The translations under genes and the position numbers were made by a program. Below are positions 58,422-61,354 of a stretch of 61,354 bases of DNA, one piece after another. The stretch comes from a virus (lineage: Duplodnaviria; Caudoviricetes), in IMG/VR virus record IMGVR_UViG_3300042545_000830, positions 1 through 61,354 of that record, one strand, 5' to 3'. How positions within the stretch are numbered: the stretch's first letter is position 1; each line of letters opens with the position of its first letter. The notes under the pieces are model-generated. The model saw only the letters and a list, made by a program, of their open reading frames with translations, was not told the origin of the DNA and made no database searches.

Positions 58422-60086
58422 ATGACAAACAAATACGAATGGCTAAACAAAGACTCACGAAAATTTCTCGAAAGAGGTTATTTGTTAGAGGGAGAAACAG
58501 CAGAACATAGAATTAGAGATATTGCAGAAGCAGCAGAAAAATATCTCGGAATTAAAGGTTTCGCTGATAAGTTTGAGGGGTATATGCAGATAGGCGCATA
58601 TAGTTTAAGTTCTCCCATCTGGTCAAATTTTGGAAGAAAAAGAGGATTGCCAATTTCATGCTTCGGTTCTTATATTCCCGATACAATGGAAGGAATCATG
58701 GAGAAGGTTTCGGAGACTGCCGTGATGACAAAACATGGGGGCGGTACATCGGCATATTTTGGTAGTGTAAGAGGAAGAGGAACTCCAATTTCATCCGGTG
58801 GAGAATCTACAGGTTCTGTACATTTCATGGAATTGTTCGATAAGCTAATGAATGTTGTTTCGCAAGGAAATGTTCGTAGAGGATCATTTGCCGCATATAT
58901 TCCAATTGATCATCCAGACATTGAAGAATTTCTAAAAATCAAATCAGACGGTTGTGAAATTCAAGATCTCTCGATAGGTGTTTGTGTTTCTGATGAATGG
59001 ATGAAAAAAATGATTGATGGTGACAAAGATGCTCGAAAAATTTGGGGTCTTGTTATCAAGAAAAGATTTGAATCTGGTTATCCATATATTTTCTTTAGTG
59101 ATAATGCTAATAATCAAGCACCGCAAATATATAAAGACAAAGGAATTAAAATTAATAATTCCAATTTGTGTAGTGAAATTTTTTTGAGCAATTCTGAGGA
59201 TGAATCATTTGTTTGTGATCTTTCTTCATTGAATTTAGAAACATGGGAAGAATGGAAAGATACTGATGCGGTAGAAGTTTTGGTTTATTTCTTGGATGCT
59301 GTAATGTCAGAGTTCATCGAAAAAACCGAAGGGATGAAGTTCATGGAAGCTCCTAGAAAGTTTGCCATGAATCAGAGAGCATTGGGAGTAGGTGTTCTTG
59401 GTTGGCATTCCTTACTGCAATCCAAGATGATTGGATTTGAATCAATGGAAGCAAAGATACTAAACAATCAAATTTGGTCTTTTATTAGAAAAAAATCAGA
59501 TATGGCAACTATCAAATTAGCAGGTATTTTGGGGTCTGCACCAATTTATGATGACAGTAATAAATTAGAATATTATAGACGCAATGTTACTACATTAGCT
59601 GTCGCTCCTACAACATCATCCAGTTTTATTCTCGGACAGGTATCACCAAGTATAGAACCTCTTAATAGTAATTATTTTGTAAAGGATCTTGCTAAGGGTA
59701 AATTTACATTCAAAAATCCATATCTTAAAACTCTTTTAAAAGAAAAAGGTAAGGATGATGATGAAACGTGGAAATCTATTCTTGTTAAAGGTGGAAGTGT
59801 TCAGCATTTGGAATTTCTTTCTACAAATGAAAAGGATGTATTTAAAACATTTGGTGAAATTTCACAAAAAGAAATTATTATTCAAGCTGCTCAACGTCAA
59901 AAATATATCGATCAAGGACAATCATTAAACATCATGATTCCTCCAAATACAAAACCAAAAGAAGTAAATGAACTTATGATATTTGCATGGGAACAAGGTA
60001 TTAAATCATTGTATTATCAACGTAGTGCAAATCCAGCGCAGGAGCTTGCCAGAAGTATAATTACCTGTCAGTCCTGTCAAGGATAA
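58422..60086 (+). CDS. nrdA: class I ribonucleotide reductase alpha subunit, no ATP cone
   Basis: PISCF, GGG, QGNVRRG, SNLCSEI, VCDL, APTTSSS, KSLYY, C-terminal CQSC. Confidence 0.95.
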   Translation: MTNKYEWLNKDSRKFLERGYLLEGETAEHRIRDIAEAAEKYLGIKGFADKFEGYMQIGAYSLSSPIWSNFGRKRGLPISCFGSYIPDTMEGIMEKVSETAVMTKHGGGTSAYFGSVRGRGTPISSGGESTGSVHFMELFDKLMNVVSQGNVRRGSFAAYIPIDHPDIEEFLKIKSDGCEIQDLSIGVCVSDEWMKKMIDGDKDARKIWGLVIKKRFESGYPYIFFSDNANNQAPQIYKDKGIKINNSNLCSEIFLSNSEDESFVCDLSSLNLETWEEWKDTDAVEVLVYFLDAVMSEFIEKTEGMKFMEAPRKFAMNQRALGVGVLGWHSLLQSKMIGFESMEAKILNNQIWSFIRKKSDMATIKLAGILGSAPIYDDSNKLEYYRRNVTTLAVAPTTSSSFILGQVSPSIEPLNSNYFVKDLAKGKFTFKNPYLKTLLKEKGKDDDETWKSILVKGGSVQHLEFLSTNEKDVFKTFGEISQKEIIIQAAQRQKYIDQGQSLNIMIPPNTKPKEVNELMIFAWEQGIKSLYYQRSANPAQELARSIITCQSCQG

Positions 60087-60091
60087 GATTA

Positions 60092-61171
60092 ATGTTTACA
60101 ATATACAATCAATCAGAATGGTCGAATATATTAAAAAATAATTCAAAATTCGACCTTTCAATAAAAGAAGAGATATGGGAAAGAACAAGGTGTTATGACG
60201 TTCCTTTGGTTGAAATTAATAAAACAGATGCGGAATCAGACTTTCAATCACTGAAAAATTTAAACACAATTCCTCTAATTAAAGAAGGAGATTTGTTCAG
60301 TAGATATGATTATAAGTGGGAATTGGGTAAGAAATACATAGATTCGTGTAACATCGGAAATAAATCATCAAATTTCTTTCATCAAGATTTAAGATATAAA
60401 TGTGATTCTATAAATTCTCCTTCTCCATATAGAACATGGCACACCAAAAAGTTCTTCATAACTTTATTAAATGCTCTCTGGACGCTAAAAGTTAAGGAAG
60501 TCACTTCTGATACACTAAGAACCTGTATTGCTATGAGAAAGTATATTGCAAGTCAATTTCGTCCATCTGCCGCGAAAGCAATATACGATCATTTTAATGC
60601 CGAAAATGTGTTGGATTTTAGTTCTGGATGGGGAGATAGACTTAATGGTGCAATGGCATCACAAAGCATTAAAACCTATGTAGGAATTGATCCAAATGAT
60701 AGTCTATATGATTCTTATGAAGAGCAAATAGAGTTATTTAATAGTGGAAAAAACATTAAAATGAATTGTTTTCCTGCCGAAGATTTTTTACCTTCATATA
60801 ATGAAACAGAATTTGATTTTATATTCACAAGTCCACCATATTTCATAATAGAAAGATATTCAAAAGAAAATAATCAATCATGGCAAAGATATAAAAAGAT
60901 AGATAAATGGCTTTCTTCTTTTCTTTTTCCGGTTATTGAAAGTTCTTGGAGATTATTAAAATCTGGAGGACATTTAGCAATAAACATAAGCGATGTTTAT
61001 TGTAATCATACCATAAACAGAATATGTGATCCCATGAACGATTATATTTCATCACTAACAGGATCAACTAAAGTTGAAAATATAAATTATAGAATGGCAA
61101 AAAGAATGGGTAGTAAATCTGACAAGAGTGGAATCTTTGTAGAACCTGTTTGGATATGGAAAAAAATATGA
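60092..61171 (+). CDS. amino (N4-C/N6-A) DNA methyltransferase
   Basis: Motif I-like VLDFSSGWGDRL, GIDPN, motif IV FTSPPYF. Confidence 0.85.
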   Translation: MFTIYNQSEWSNILKNNSKFDLSIKEEIWERTRCYDVPLVEINKTDAESDFQSLKNLNTIPLIKEGDLFSRYDYKWELGKKYIDSCNIGNKSSNFFHQDLRYKCDSINSPSPYRTWHTKKFFITLLNALWTLKVKEVTSDTLRTCIAMRKYIASQFRPSAAKAIYDHFNAENVLDFSSGWGDRLNGAMASQSIKTYVGIDPNDSLYDSYEEQIELFNSGKNIKMNCFPAEDFLPSYNETEFDFIFTSPPYFIIERYSKENNQSWQRYKKIDKWLSSFLFPVIESSWRLLKSGGHLAINISDVYCNHTINRICDPMNDYISSLTGSTKVENINYRMAKRMGSKSDKSGIFVEPVWIWKKI

Positions 61172-61354
61172 GAAAAACTTGGTATAAACATGCTATGGAT
61201 ATAGCAGAAACTGCTATGCAAAGATCAGAGGATGTGTATAGAAAGGTTGGAGCTTGTATTTTAGGTAAAGAAAATGAAGTTTTAGCAGTTTCTTATAATG
61301 GATTAGGATCTGGTAAAAATGTTGATGAATCATTTTGGGAGGATAGGAATAATA
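61168..61354 (+). CDS. dCMP deaminase (partial, runs off window)
   Basis: MRKTWYKHAMDIAETAMQRSED...KVGACI...VLAVSYNG. Confidence 0.8.
   Translation, partial: MRKTWYKHAMDIAETAMQRSEDVYRKVGACILGKENEVLAVSYNGLGSGKNVDESFWEDRNN

Noticed and set aside
386-59126. Many 60-180 aa ORFs antisense to or nested in long genes (e.g. 30200..30745, 42152..42694, 47288..47788, 20189..20536, 27810..28112)
   Set aside because: Shadow frames of well-supported genes, with no motifs or independent expression signals
17673-60086. Introns or inteins in polymerase, helicase, terminase, nrdA or nrdB
   Set aside because: All are continuous and of ordinary length with motifs in expected spacing
1-61354. CRISPR array, tRNA or rRNA genes
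   Set aside because: No spaced direct repeats or cloverleaf-like segments seen; intergenic gaps are mostly too short. Not verified with tRNAscan or CRISPR finders
1-61354. Stop-codon reassignment
   Set aside because: Conserved genes are full length in the standard code and TAA, TGA and TAG all end genes

Overview
A 61-kb, very AT-rich, densely coding segment of a large T4-like (myovirus) bacteriophage genome in the standard genetic code. Left half (+ strand): recombination/replication/late-transcription module (uvsY, uvsW, gp55 late sigma factor, gp47/gp46, family B DNA polymerase, uvsX, gp41 helicase, DHH phosphoesterase, gp32, gp45). An island of 6 glycosyltransferase-type genes and a SAM methyltransferase splits gp47 from gp46, and a second methyltransferase and another glycosyltransferase sit between gp46 and the polymerase. 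Middle (- strand): contractile tail/baseplate module (split gp5-like spike, hub, tail terminator, large terminase, gp53, gp48, tape measure, gp26-like pair, gp54-like, tube, sheath). Right: PhoH, neck and putative head-internal proteins, PD-(D/E)XK nuclease, AAA ATPase, a ribonucleotide reductase resembling class Id, a DNA methyltransferase and the start of a dCMP deaminase. Three free-standing homing endonucleases are present. Main observations: (1) the glycosylation/methylation island, including a GT2 paralogue lacking its acidic catalytic motif and a GT2-GT7 fusion; (2) sigma70-type and late (TAARTA) promoters placed 5-9 nt from start codons, implying widespread leaderless mRNAs; (3) hairpins that bury the start codon of low-copy tail genes with the late promoter in or beside the loop; (4) a three-way-junction RNA in front of an HNH endonuclease. 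All protein calls come from motif recognition and gene order, not database searches. No tRNA, rRNA or CRISPR array was recognised.
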